From Monocercomonoides exilis PA203 (Eukaryota; Protista; Preaxostyla), in assembly GCA_001643675.2 (NCBI GenBank), contig LSRY02000020.1, forward strand, positions 558,001-622,000: a DNA stretch of 64,000 nt. The letters are read 5' to 3'. Positions 26,342-39,000 of this stretch are shown piece by piece. The translations under genes were made by a program, and so were the position numbers. Each line of letters starts with the position of its first letter. The first letter of the stretch is position 1. The notes under the pieces are model-generated. The model was not told where the DNA came from and did not search any database. It saw only the letters and a program-made list of their open reading frames with translations.

Positions 26342-26908
26342 ATTTGCGTTTTAAAAAGAAATTTTTAATTTTCAAAAAATTAATTTTATAAACGTTGCTT
26401 ATTGATCATAATCTGCAGTTGCAGATTGGAAAATTTATTATTTCATATAGCATCGCTTTACAATATTTAAAGAGAAAAGTTTTTTTTTCGTTGTTATCGT
26501 TTTTGTTCAGGATTTTAATTCGTTTGCTGCTTTTTAAATATGTGAAATACTTTACGAGAGAAAGATTTTTAAGCGTTGCTTTTCTTTTAAATTCATCGCT
26601 TTTTTGAGAAACTGGAAACCAAATGAACAGTTTTTGCCTCTTTCATATTTTCATTCGTTTTTAAAAAGAAACTCATTTCTGGAAATTTTTATAACTTTTT
26701 CATTCAAAACAAGTTATAAATAAAGATTTGAATCTTTTTTTTAGTATTTCTTTTTTATTAAAATCGTAGCTTTCAAATTTTTTATTTTGTTATTGTTGTT
26801 GTTTTCCTTTTGTGAAAAAGCAATATTGATTCTTTGTTTAAAAAGAAATATTCTTAATAAATTTAATCATGGGATACTTGATCGAATTATTACAGAAATC
26901 TTTTTTTC

Positions 26909-29900
26909 ATGATTTCTTCTGATCAGGACAGAGCTGATGGTTTGAGGCTTCCTGAATCAAAAACAAACGATTTTTTCCCTGATGATTTCAATCCATTGGC
27001 ATATGTTGATTTGCGCCTATCTGAGATGGGAGAAGTGTCAACCATCGCAATAAGTAGAGGAGAGATGATGCATTTGGGAGAAGAATATGCTGATCAGATT
27101 GATATGACTCGATTGGATCCAATGGATACGGTTGTGCTCATAAACCCTTCCGAGATTGTTTCACATCTTCGAGGATTGGTTTCTGAATTATGCCAGATAA
27201 GGACATCACTTGTGACAGAAGTGAATCAATTGACAAAGACAATAACAAAAAAGGCTGGTGCCTTTTTAGAAATTTCTGAAAGTTCACTTCAAGAACTTGA
27301 TTCTTTGGATGAGAAAACAAAGTCTCTCATGGAACAAATTTCTAAATCCGCAGAATCAACAACAAGAAGAGCTCAGCGACTTCAGACACTTCACCAGGAA
27401 CGAGAAGAAGCACGGGAAGCACAAGCTGTTATAGATTCTTTCAATATGTTTAATTTAAAAGTTCCTCAATTCAAAACTCCTTTGGAATTTACACTTGAGC
27501 ATATTCGCGATAATGCAAAACTTCTAAATCATTTATACCAAATATCTCAACGGCTTAGTGGATCTGCTGTTAATGAAGGAATACAGCGAGTGCAAGTTAC
27601 TTATTCATCAATTAGCTGTGAATTATTAGGAAAAAGCGTTGCAGCTCAAGATGAGGAAGATTTACCGACTGTAAAGTGGGTGCTTGACACCTTACTGAAG
27701 CTTGGTGAAACGCACGAGCAGTTGACTCAGCATATCGGACAAGCACGCATGCAACATTTTCCCCGAAAGAAGATGGCCAGTTTAGGAGTCAAAGGATCCC
27801 AGAGCGGCCGGCTGAAGGAGAAACTGAACGAAGCGCTGCAGGAAACCGAGCAATTTATTCACCGGCAGAAGCAAATGATCTGCGAGTGCTGTGCCGGCTG
27901 GGAAGAAGGCGTCTACCGCTACATCTTCAAGAACGTGCTGGCGCAGCTGAAGGACTCATTTGGGCGCACGGTTGCTGAGACGATCCAGCGAAACCTGAAG
28001 GAGCTGAGCTCTGTCCACGCAGCGCACATCAACAACCTCGAGGCCGGGAGCGAAGGCACCGAGGCGTCGCCCATCCTGCGCTACGGGCTGTGGGCGCCGT
28101 TTCAGTGGGTGGACGGGCTGTTTGCCATGTGGGAGGCGTTCACTGCGTTCTTCGGGACAATCCCTGGTTCGATGGGCATGGCCACGTCGGCATCGCTGGT
28201 GGAGCAGCAGCTGACCGACTGGCGGAGCAAGTACGTGCTCGACGAGTGCTCGGCCATCAATCTTTTCTTTGCGCTGTTGCTTGAAAAGCCCACACACTAC
28301 TTGCTGCAGCAGCGGCCTGACCTGAAGCAGGTGACTCAGCACATCCCACACGCACACTTCCCTTATTTGAGCGTCAGCTTCATCGAAACCCTCAAAAACG
28401 AGTCTAACTTGTACCTTGGTGCTTCTTCTCGCTCTCCCACGGGCACATCCTCAGCACTGCAGAAGACTGGCCTGTGGGTCAAATTCCCCACATCTGTCAC
28501 CTCTCTTCCTCCTGCCTCTTCTTCTTCCTCTTCTTCTTCCTTCTCGTCTGCTTTCCCTTCGTCCTCTGCGTTCTCATCTGGCGCCATCTCCTCCCCCGTC
28601 GTCCCCACCTCCACACCCCGCTCGCAGTATCTCATGTCCACAAGCACACCACAGCCCACCCCGCCGAACACAAAAAGCTTCTCTTCTTCTTCGTCCAGCA
28701 GCATGGGCTCTCCATTTCACACTCCAACCACTTCAAAAAACAGCTCCTTCTACACCTCCACCCCTCCGCGCTCTCCTCTCGCCATCTCTGCCACTGCTCC
28801 TTCTTATTCTGGTGCAGGCTCTTCTTCTTTGCCAATGTCCCCACTGCGCAACAGAGGGCAGACGCGCCAGTCACACCGCCCGTCGCAGCTGGGTGCTGTT
28901 CACAGCTCGTCTGCTTCTGACGGAGATGATGATGATGATGAATTCAGTGTGTCTAATGCTGGCAGCAGCGGAAGCAGTAGCAGTGGCAGTGCTAAAAGCG
29001 ATGAATTTGAAGGAACTGGGAGCGAGCTGGCAGCAGACATCATTGGACTCGATCTCTCTAATCCTGTGCGAGTAGCCTTGTCGTGCATCCCCCGCGCTAT
29101 CATCCGCGCGTCTGTCGTCGCAAACAGAGAGCGCCGTCCGGCTGCGCTGGCTGAGATGTTCGAGGTGGCAGTGGCGTGGTGCGTGCTCATCTGCGAAGAC
29201 GCCTTCAACGAGGCGGCGATGTCGAATGCCGAGCTGCGTGCGAGTTCTGGGCTGACACCTGCACTGTCTGCTGCAGCGACTCCCGTGGGGAGTGATTCAA
29301 AAAGTGCATCTTCTGAGACAGGGAAAGAGAAGTCCTCAGAAAAGGATAAGAAGTCCAAGGACTCCAAGCCGAGCCCGACGCAGCCGTTTGAGAAGCCGCA
29401 CTTCGAAGACAACTTCATCGATGGCGAGGAGCTGCGGGTGATTCCGCTTGTCTGCTCAGTCGTGTCGCATCTGAAGAACACGTGGAACATGCACGTCAGC
29501 CCTCTGCTGGAACACGATGTGACACTCCACAGGGCGATCAAAAGACATCTGAGGATGCAGCTGAATGTGCTCGAGCAGCTCATCGGAAAGCAGATCCATC
29601 TCTTCCTCTTCGCCACCCTGAGGCGCTTTGTGTATCTTTTGAAGCTGCATCAGAAGCCCAACGACTACGTGATGAATGAAGAATCCAGCAAAAGCTCTCC
29701 TTCTTCTCAATCTCCTTCTTCATCTTCATCCTCATCCTCATCGGCTGCTGAGTCCCTCCGCCGCGCAGTCACACCCGCCCTCCGCTCGCCTGCAGGTGCT
29801 GCCAACATCGACTTTATGCAGCCAACCGAAGCCTGCCGCATTGTGATTGAGTATTTGGAAGGGCAGTTTGAAAAGATCTGCTGCCACGTCGGCCAAATGA

Positions 29901-30253
29901 ATGCATCAGACGCACTGGCTGAGCTGTCTCTTGCTATTCGAGATGCCATTGATGCACATGTGCTTACTATTACCATCAAAGACGCTGGGGCATTTAGGCT
30001 GCTTGCAGACATCACAGAGTATCAGCATTTCTTTGCAAAGCTGGAAAATCCGATTGTGAGAATAAGTTTTGAATCACTTCGCGAATTGCTGTCTATCTAT
30101 ATTATCACGCCAGATCGTATTCAATCGTTCGTTGATGGTGCTGTGACTGAACAAAATCCCAAATCTCGTTTTCTTGATCATATTAAGAGGAGACAAGACT
30201 ACAAATCAAATAAACTTTGGAAGTATTTCCCAAAAGAATTGAGCGAAAAGTGA
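26909..30253 (+). CDS. SEC10: exocyst complex component Sec10/EXOC5
   Basis: N-terminal coiled coil. C-terminal HQKPNDY..QPTEACRIVIEYL..AELSLAIRDAIDAHV..GAFRLLADITEY..FESLREL..KRRQDYK matches the Sec10 C-terminus. Single 1114-aa ORF with Ser-rich inserts. Confidence 0.85.
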   Translation: MISSDQDRADGLRLPESKTNDFFPDDFNPLAYVDLRLSEMGEVSTIAISRGEMMHLGEEYADQIDMTRLDPMDTVVLINPSEIVSHLRGLVSELCQIRTSLVTEVNQLTKTITKKAGAFLEISESSLQELDSLDEKTKSLMEQISKSAESTTRRAQRLQTLHQEREEAREAQAVIDSFNMFNLKVPQFKTPLEFTLEHIRDNAKLLNHLYQISQRLSGSAVNEGIQRVQVTYSSISCELLGKSVAAQDEEDLPTVKWVLDTLLKLGETHEQLTQHIGQARMQHFPRKKMASLGVKGSQSGRLKEKLNEALQETEQFIHRQKQMICECCAGWEEGVYRYIFKNVLAQLKDSFGRTVAETIQRNLKELSSVHAAHINNLEAGSEGTEASPILRYGLWAPFQWVDGLFAMWEAFTAFFGTIPGSMGMATSASLVEQQLTDWRSKYVLDECSAINLFFALLLEKPTHYLLQQRPDLKQVTQHIPHAHFPYLSVSFIETLKNESNLYLGASSRSPTGTSSALQKTGLWVKFPTSVTSLPPASSSSSSSSFSSAFPSSSAFSSGAISSPVVPTSTPRSQYLMSTSTPQPTPPNTKSFSSSSSSSMGSPFHTPTTSKNSSFYTSTPPRSPLAISATAPSYSGAGSSSLPMSPLRNRGQTRQSHRPSQLGAVHSSSASDGDDDDDEFSVSNAGSSGSSSSGSAKSDEFEGTGSELAADIIGLDLSNPVRVALSCIPRAIIRASVVANRERRPAALAEMFEVAVAWCVLICEDAFNEAAMSNAELRASSGLTPALSAAATPVGSDSKSASSETGKEKSSEKDKKSKDSKPSPTQPFEKPHFEDNFIDGEELRVIPLVCSVVSHLKNTWNMHVSPLLEHDVTLHRAIKRHLRMQLNVLEQLIGKQIHLFLFATLRRFVYLLKLHQKPNDYVMNEESSKSSPSSQSPSSSSSSSSSAAESLRRAVTPALRSPAGAANIDFMQPTEACRIVIEYLEGQFEKICCHVGQMNASDALAELSLAIRDAIDAHVLTITIKDAGAFRLLADITEYQHFFAKLENPIVRISFESLRELLSIYIITPDRIQSFVDGAVTEQNPKSRFLDHIKRRQDYKSNKLWKYFPKELSEK

Positions 30254-30425
30254 AATTTTCAGCAAGAAAACTGAATAGATGTTTCAGGCATTTTTCATTT
30301 TTGTATTTTGTGTTATATAGAAAAGAAAAAATCATTTTTTCATTTGTTTATGATCGAATATCCCATTTCAATTTATTGATTAATTTAATTTAATTTTTGT
30401 GTCTGGCCTTTGTGCCAGTTTTTTT

Positions 30426-32882
30426 ATGTCTTTCGCTAATCGAATAAAGTTAGTCAGTGCGCTTTATCAAGAACAAAAATCTTGGAGAAAAGAAGCACCA
30501 TTTTTATATGATTCTGCTTTTATTAAAAACCTTGAAACACCATCTTTTGTGTGCGAATGGGTTCCTAGCATTAAAAGGTTTGAAACGTAATTATAAATGA
30601 TAATATGCTCGAATTGTGATTCTGATGTTTTCATTCATATTTTTAGAGATTCAAGGAGAAGATATTATGTGCAATCTCTTCTCCATGGGGTAAATCAAAC
30701 TTCAAAATGTGAAAACTCTCTTGCCTTATCACGTATTCGTATCCCCCATGACGAAAGAATGCATCGTCGAGAACTCACAGTAGAGCGTATGAAATTGATT
30801 TTTTGATCAAAAGAAATTTGTTTTACATTTATTCAAATTACAAAAAATAAACATCATAGATATTGCTACGATTGAATGCATTCCATTTAGATATGACATG
30901 CTAGCAAAAGTTCCTCATCCAGGACCTGTTGTGAGGTTTTTAATATTGATTCAGGAAATTATTCATTTTTTCATCTTTAATTCAGAATAAAAACGCATCC
31001 AAAACGCAGAGATTTAATTGCAACAAGATCTACATCATCTGCTATCTATTTATATTCGGTTCCTCAATTTGTTGAATGTGACACACCGATTCCTGAACCA
31101 ATTAATATTTCGCCAATTGAACTTACTGGCCATTCTAAGAGCGGGTCTGTGATTCTTTGAGCCAATTTATTTCTAACTTTTGTTTAACATATATATTTAT
31201 TAAAATTTTGGATAATTTTTCATTTTGAATTCGTGCTTGCAAATATTTTGTAGGATTGACATGAGTTGGAATGAGACATTCAGCTCGCTCTTGATGACAA
31301 GTGCATCTGACGGAAGAGTGAATGTTTATGATATTAACCAAAGCGGCTCTAATTCAATGTTCGCATCCACAAACGCATCTTCTTTCCAACCCATGATGGA
31401 AATACCTTCTCAAACATCTGCTCATCCACTTCAGCCCATTTCATCAAATGAGATGCCTTCCACAAAACTCATTTCAACGCTGATTTCTTCTCATCAAAAT
31501 TCACCATCACAAGAAACACCTTCTTCCACATCAGTATCATCTCCAGACGCTTCAGCTACATTTCAAGCCACATCATCAGAAACTTTCACAGACACATCAA
31601 ACATTTCAAACATATCTCCCTTTTACACGCAATCTGCACAAGAAGAAGCCGATCCAATTCCGCTGGATGCAATCGAAGACAGCGAGAAACAGAGAATTGC
31701 AGATTATGGGCAAGAGGAAGATAAATTAGCAGATCGCATGCAATCATCAAGGGATACTCAAAATCTTGCTGATGATTCTCAGATTCCTCAATCTTCTTCA
31801 AAAGCGATGCAAAATGAAAAGTTCAGTGGAAAAGAAGAGCAAACAGAACAAACAGAAAATGTAAAACTTGATAAACGGCCACCTACTCTTGATTGGTCAT
31901 TGATTGTTTGAATTTTTCATTTGAAATCTTCTCTTTCAATGTTTCAAATGTTTCATTTTCTTCAAAATATGTTAGTGTTCCGCCTGGACTTATTTTACCC
32001 CAACTGTTTACGTAGCTTCTTGTCCGGATTCTAAACTTGCAATGTTTGAGCATTCTTTTATTTATGAACAATCTATTTATTTGATGATTTCAATCATATG
32101 TTATTTTCATTTTAACTTGCGTTTTTTTTTTTATAAATACTCCTCACTTACAGCTACGATCTTCGAGGATCCACTCCAGAGATAGTTGTTTCAACTCCTC
32201 ACACAGGCGCAATAACATCTCTTTCCACTTCTCATTTCCTTCCAAACATGCTGCTAACGGCCAGTGAAGATTCCGTTTGCACTCATTTTTCTTTTATTTT
32301 TGATAAATAAGCTTTAAATGATTTTCATTATTTCCATTATTTACTGCAGACCATTTCAATGTGGGACTTCCGCAACCTCACAAAGCCAGTGCACAACTTC
32401 ACTTTTCATCAGCAATCAATAACACAAGTTGAGTTTTCACCAACTCTCCCATCGGTATTTTTGTCAGCAGATCTTGAAAGGTTTTATCAAAGGATTATTA
32501 TCATCATCTTGAATATCTTTTTTTCTCTGCTTTATACATCGAATTTTTTACTGATGATAAGATTAATAAACATATGGGATATTAGTAAAATAGGTGATGA
32601 GGTAACAACACCATATGAGCAAGAAGCGCCTCCAGAACTTTTAGTTTGATAACATTATTTTTGATTTTTAAGATTAATTTTTCATTCAAAAAATTGCATA
32701 AAAAAATATTCTTTTCTTTGAAGTTCACTCATGGAGGTCACACATCTCATATCTATGATGTCAGCTGGAATATGATGAAGGATTGGATGATTGCTTCCGT
32801 TTCAGCTGATGCTTCACTTCAAATCTGGGAAATGGCACAGAATGTTCATTCTCATCGAGAAGTTTATCACAGACTTGAATAA
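30426..32882 (+). CDS. RBBP4: histone-binding WD40 protein RBBP4/7 (MSI1/CAF-1 p55) family, multi-exon
   Basis: N-terminal SWRKEAPFLYD..LETPSFVCEWVP, HPGPV, WDFRNLTKPVHNF, PPELL-FTHGGHTSHIYDVSWN..WMIASVSADASLQIWEMA. Confidence 0.92.
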
Positions 32883-33049
32883 GATAGGAAATTTCTTTAA
32901 AAGTTTTTATTTAATATGTCATTCTGAAACAACTCGAAATTACCACTTCAACGATTCATTTCACATTTTTTTTTCTTTTTTTGAAAATTCATAATAAAAA
33001 AGATATGGTTTAAATCAATAATAAAAAGTGATTTTCTCTGCCTAGATAA

Positions 33050-36000
33050 ATGCAACAATTGTCATATCTTCCTCCAGGAAAACAAGGTTTTTCTGTGAGG
33101 AGGATATTACAAGCTATACTTGGAGGGCCTCGCTTATTTTGGAAAAGCTCAATTCCATTATCAATTCACTTTTTCACATGGTTGACATTTCTTCTACCTC
33201 CATCATTATGCTTACTACTTACATTATTATCTCAATATCACTTTATTTCTTTTTTTGCTGCGTCTATTTCGTGCGGAGGTATTTTTTCATTTATTTTTAT
33301 TTTTCCAAAAAGATGTTAATTTTCTTGATTATAAGGAATATGTGTTTTATCGTTTATTGCAATTCGACTATATTACGTAATCTGCAATTGTGCATCCCGC
33401 AAATCAGATGAACTTGTTTATAGTTCAATGAATGAAGATGGCGATGTATTTTATGGACTTTTCACAAGGCAAGCTGCAAATTTCCTCGTTGAACCCCTTT
33501 CACCGTATTTCATGAAATCAAAGTTAAAAATTGTAATTGGGACTGTTATATATGTTGTCGTTCTATTTGCTATGGGCTTGATGATTGCATGTTTTCATTT
33601 TTCTGCCATTCTTAATCAAGAGAAATCCACTAGTCTGGCAGTTGGAACGATTTTTCTACATGTTTTTATGTGGACGACTTTTTATGTATCCGCGTACCCA
33701 TTGATATGTAAGTCTCCTCCGGAACCTAGTCAGATGCGAATTACAGAACCTCTCAATTCATTTCTACGTCCGACTTATTTTGTTATTTTTGGTATATTTG
33801 CTGTTGTTGATATGTGCAGAAGCGGAATGTTTGAGATAGATTTATTTTCATCTTCTGGTTCTGATAGCAATATCTACTCAATGGAATGGCTTTCCACTGT
33901 TGGTGTATCTTTTCGTGCAATGAGCGCAAGAGTTTCATTCGTCCCTTGTATTATTTGTGCTTGCCTATTTCTTCTTTTTGCAATCGGGTTTCTTCCCCCA
34001 CTCGACGTATTAATAATGTGGCTTTTACAAGAATTGTGTATGTTCTTCTGTGGCGCATCTCCTTCATTGAGCAGTTGGCGAACGATAGTCCACTCAATTA
34101 CTTCTTTTGCCTCAGTCATTTTGGGAGGCGTCTTACTTTGGCTTGGCTCAGGTGGAGATGAAAATCCCTTGTTGGAGTCCACGTTGCACACAAGCCAAGA
34201 GACAAGAGAGAGATTGCTGTGGAGCGGTGTCTTTCTTGTTGCAGTGGCGTCTCTTGTGTTCAGTCGAGATTATATTTCAGGTGTATTTAAATTGTGGAAG
34301 TGGCTCAAGCGCATTTCATCCAAATGCTTTGTGTGCTGCTGCAGAAAAAGAAGCCGAAGAACAGTTGTTGAACCAAGTCCGCTTGTTAAAACGAAAAACG
34401 AAAGGGCTGAAACAAGTGGAGGGTTCAGACAAAATATCGATGAAAATGACAGTTTTAACAGTCAGCTTACTGAAAAATGTGATGCCACAGATGATATGGC
34501 ATCATCTACTTCTATCTCTTCTCATTCAACTATTTCTCTCGCTCGTGACGCCTCAAATCGGTCTTCGTTCTCTTTTGTTTTATCGCACTTCACAAACTTC
34601 TTCGACATCATCTTCCTTTTCGTTCTGATTGCGGCCTTTCTGCTTTTTATGCTTGTCAAATTTGAAGAAAATTCATCTTCCGGTTTGAAAATGGATAATT
34701 CTTTGTCCGGCCATATATTTTCACTGCGCAATAATCCAAATGAATACAAAGGATTCAACATTTCTCGACTTGCTGTTGATTGTTTGTTATTTGCCTTTCT
34801 CGTCTTCTTTGTTGCTGTCGAAGAAGTCAGCAAGCCTGTTTGGTTCAACACATTCCGATTTGCCCATTTGAAAAAGAAAGAAGGTACTTATTCGAACGAA
34901 AATGCGAATAAATCTTCATCTTCTTCAGCAAATTCCTCTCAAAAGTTCACAACACTTCTTCATATCACAACATGCCTAAGGGTATTTGTTTCATCATTCC
35001 TCATTCCCTTTTCGGTCATATTATTTTCATCACACGAACTCTCCTGTTTCACTTCAACCCCCAATCTGTTGTATTCCTCTTCTTCTTCCTCCTCCTCCTC
35101 CTCTGGAACAGACACATTTCCCCAGTGCTCTTTGCTTGTTTGCATTTGCGGCTGCTTCCTGTTTATGCACACGATACGCTTGTCAATGCAGTTTCCAATG
35201 TCTTACACTCCACTCTTGACTTATCTTCTTTCTTCCCTCTTTTGGCACATCAAGCACAACTCTCTATTTCATTCGGATTCTTCTCTAGCCTCCTCTTTCT
35301 TGTCGGATTTCCCTTCTCAGTTCACTTCATTCATCTTCTTTCACTTCTTCTTCCACTTCGCCCTTTCTCGCCTCTTTTCTCTCGGAAAGCATTTGTATTA
35401 TCTTCTCTTCTCCTTTTTCACTCCACTTTCCCTCAATTCCCTTGCCCCTCCATTGTTCGATCGCTGGATGTATTCGTGCAGTGGTCGCATAGCACTTTTC
35501 TTTCTGTTTGTCTGTCTATTTATTCCAATCTCTTTGGTCTCTCTGTGCATTGCTGTGCTTTTTGACACAACTGTTGTGCAGCCATTTGGTTGCCCTTTCG
35601 TTTTCCTTCCAGCACCGCTTGTGCCGAAGCTCTGGCTTGTCGCAGGAAATGGATGCAAAATGAAAAAAATCAATGAAAAAAAGACAAAAGAAAAAGAAGA
35701 AAGACGAAAAGAAAAGGAAAAAAGGAAAAAAAGGTATAAAGAATTGAGGGAAAAGGCTAAAATGCAGAAAAAGATGGAGTCACAGAATGTTCCATACGAT
35801 CAAATAGCCTGTGATGCTTCATCAGCATCTAAAGGATCGTCCAGTCTTTTCACTCCTCTTTCTGTTCCATTGCCTGATAATCCACAGGCTTCGCCATTGC
35901 AAATTCAACAGCGGAAAAAGTCGAATTATTCATCGTCTCCTCTTAACTCCTTCAACTTTTCAGAGCTGAATATTTCACTGGAAGAGCTGTCATCCTTTGA

Positions 36001-39000
36001 ATCGCACATTTCAATCCTGAACAATATTCTCGATCATGACAATTCGTATATAAACACACAATCACTCAAAATAGCACAATCATCCTCTGTTTTGTCTTCC
36101 TCTCTTCATAAAGCACATCCTCAGAGCCAATCTTCTCCAATGTCACTATCTGGAACTGAGCCGCTGTATCCGTCTGACAGTTCTGTGTATTCGTATTCTG
36201 CACCATCCATTCTGAATGCAATGATTGACTCATTCACAGCATCATCATCTTCGGTCTTCAACAACACTTTAAATTCTTCTTCTTCATCATCGCTTTCTTC
36301 TTCTGCTGCTTCTTCACCTGCCTCTTTCCCTTCATTTATTCCCTTTCTCACTCCATTCACTGCATTCATGCTGCACTCGACATCTTCAATGAACATTCTG
36401 TTTTGCGTTGGAGAAGTCGGCCGGAACTACTGCGAGGTCAAGCTGAAGGCGATGGACAGCTCATACTCTGCGAAGCACTTGGAGCAGCTGAGCGAAGACA
36501 TGGAAGGAGTCGACGAGGTGAGCGGGATTTGCCTTCAGAGCAGATGGCATGAGCTGACCAGACTGAAAATGGAGAATGAAGAGAGGGCAGCGAGGATTAA
36601 ATTGTACAGTCAGCATGCAGAAGAACTCAAGCAGAAGAAAATCAATGAAGAGATGCAGAAAAAGAAGGAGGAGGAAGTTTTGAAGCAGATGAATTCAATC
36701 GAAGAGAAGCAGAAAAAGCTGTTAGGAGGATCAAAACAGGAAGACGCTGAAAAGAATGAGAACACCAAAAAGCTATCTAATGCCTCATCAACACATTCTT
36801 CTGCTTCCAGTTCTTCGACTAGGCACTTTCCTTCGTCTGTTTCTGCTCCGATTTTGGCTCGTTTGTCTGACTCAACAGGGAACACCGCTCAGAAGCCTTC
36901 TCATTCGTCATCTCTGTCGATTTCTCATACTGCAGCAGAACTGAAAGATTTGCCTAATGCGAAAAAGAACAAAGGAAAAGATGGATTACATGAAGTATCG
37001 GAAGAGGAGGAAGAGGAAGAAGAAGAAGAAGATACAGAAGAACAAAAAACTGATGCAGATAAAAGTCAATCAGAAGATGAAATTCATCAGGAGGATAAAA
37101 ACTCTGAAACAAGATCTAAATCACCAGAAGAGCACTCACCTGAAGGGTATCAGCAGTCGTTGCTTGAAGGAACAACAAATGAAAAGAAATCTGAAACAGA
37201 AGAAAGTGAATCGTCAGAGGTACAATCTGATTCCAGGAATCCTGATAATGTTGTTGAAAGCAAAGAAAACGCAAATGACAATCATGAAACAGCGAATGTT
37301 CAAAACAACTGTGAGGATACTGCAACTGATTCACAGGAGGCAGGTTCTTTAACAGAAAAGAAAGAGAAAAATGAACAAGAAAAAGAAAAAGAAGAGAGTT
37401 CTCAAAAAAATTCAAGCAATGATGAAATCAAAGCGCAAGCCGCAAATGATTCACTAAAAGAGAAGAAAGGCAGCCCAGTTGAAGACCAAACTGATCACAC
37501 AGCCAAAAAGGAGGCATCAGCCGATCCAAGTGAAAACCTCCTTCTTCGATACAAGAAGCACGTTGAAGACACCCCCACTTCGTTTTTCACTGTGCTCCGC
37601 AATCCGCGTCCGACAATGTGTATTTCTCCGCTCACTTCGATTGCGGTGGATTCATACAACACGATTCCGATCAATTTCACAGAGTTGTTCAATAACACAC
37701 AAACCGCTCGTCTGGTTCGCATCTACTTTATGTTTGCGCTCATTTGGGAGTTTCTGATGAGCTCGCCTCTGCTTCTTGTTGGGAATGAAGAGGAAGAAGA
37801 GGAAGAGGAAGATGAAGATGAAGAAAGCGAAGAAGAAGATGATGTCTACATTATGGGAAGAAAAGGAAAGAGAATAAATGAAAAAAGAAACAATATTACA
37901 AATACGGAGAAAGTTCAATCAAAACGAGATCAGACAATTTCCGAGAATAGCAATGGAAGTTCTTCACAAAATGAAACTTCATTGAGATCAGCCCCTTTTC
38001 TTGATCCTGAAGAAGATAAATCTGATTCCCTCAGCAAAGAAAAAGCTGCTGTGAGTGCAAATGATGAGGGACTCTCAATTGCTAAAGAGGAGAGCGAAGA
38101 GAAAGATCTGTACTTGAAAAGGGAATTATTAGAAAATGAGGCTACAGGTGGAAAGCGCTATTCTTCGAAAGCAGATTCAGATTCGGACGAAGATGATGAC
38201 GATGACTCAACATCGGACGATAGTGACACAACTTCTGACAGCAGCAGCACGAGTGACACAAACAATGAAGATGAAAAGGATCTTAGCAAGAATATTGTCA
38301 CAACTGAAGTTAATATCACAACACCTCAAGGTGCTCATCGTCAATATCCTGAAGCAACATTAAAACAGGCTGGAGATGGTGGATCTACTCCATGCCTCAC
38401 AAATTCCCCTGTTGTTTTGACATCACCCTCTGGTTTCAGCTCTGACTTGATCACACCAACACATCCACCTTCGCATGGGAGTGTGATTGTTGCATCAGCA
38501 TCAGCTTCTCCGACTTCGCAGACTGTGCAAAATGGATCATTTTTAGCTGCTTCTCCGTTCAACGAGCCTTTCACACCGCAAATGAACCACGCTGTGACTT
38601 CTGGAGGATCGATGCTCGATTCACCTGCAGAAGGCTCCAATATACAGTCACGCAGGCGCAATGTTATTTCACCTCTTCCTGAACTTTCAGAAGCCGACTC
38701 GGAGCAACAGATGGAAGAGGTACAAACAAATGGAATGAAAGCCGGGAATTGCAAAAGTGGATTTAATGATAAAGTGTCACTTCGATCTTCGTTGTCTCAT
38801 TCAACAACTCATCAGTCGCAAATATCAAATGAAATACTTCTTCCAATTGTTCATGAACGGAGCAACAACAAACGCAGTCAGTCAAGAAGGAGACGCAAAT
38901 TGATATCTGAAACAGAATCAAATCAAAAGCATTCAAAAGAGTTTTTATCGACTTCCACTCTAATTTTGCTGACTGAAGAATGCATTGAGATGATTAACAA

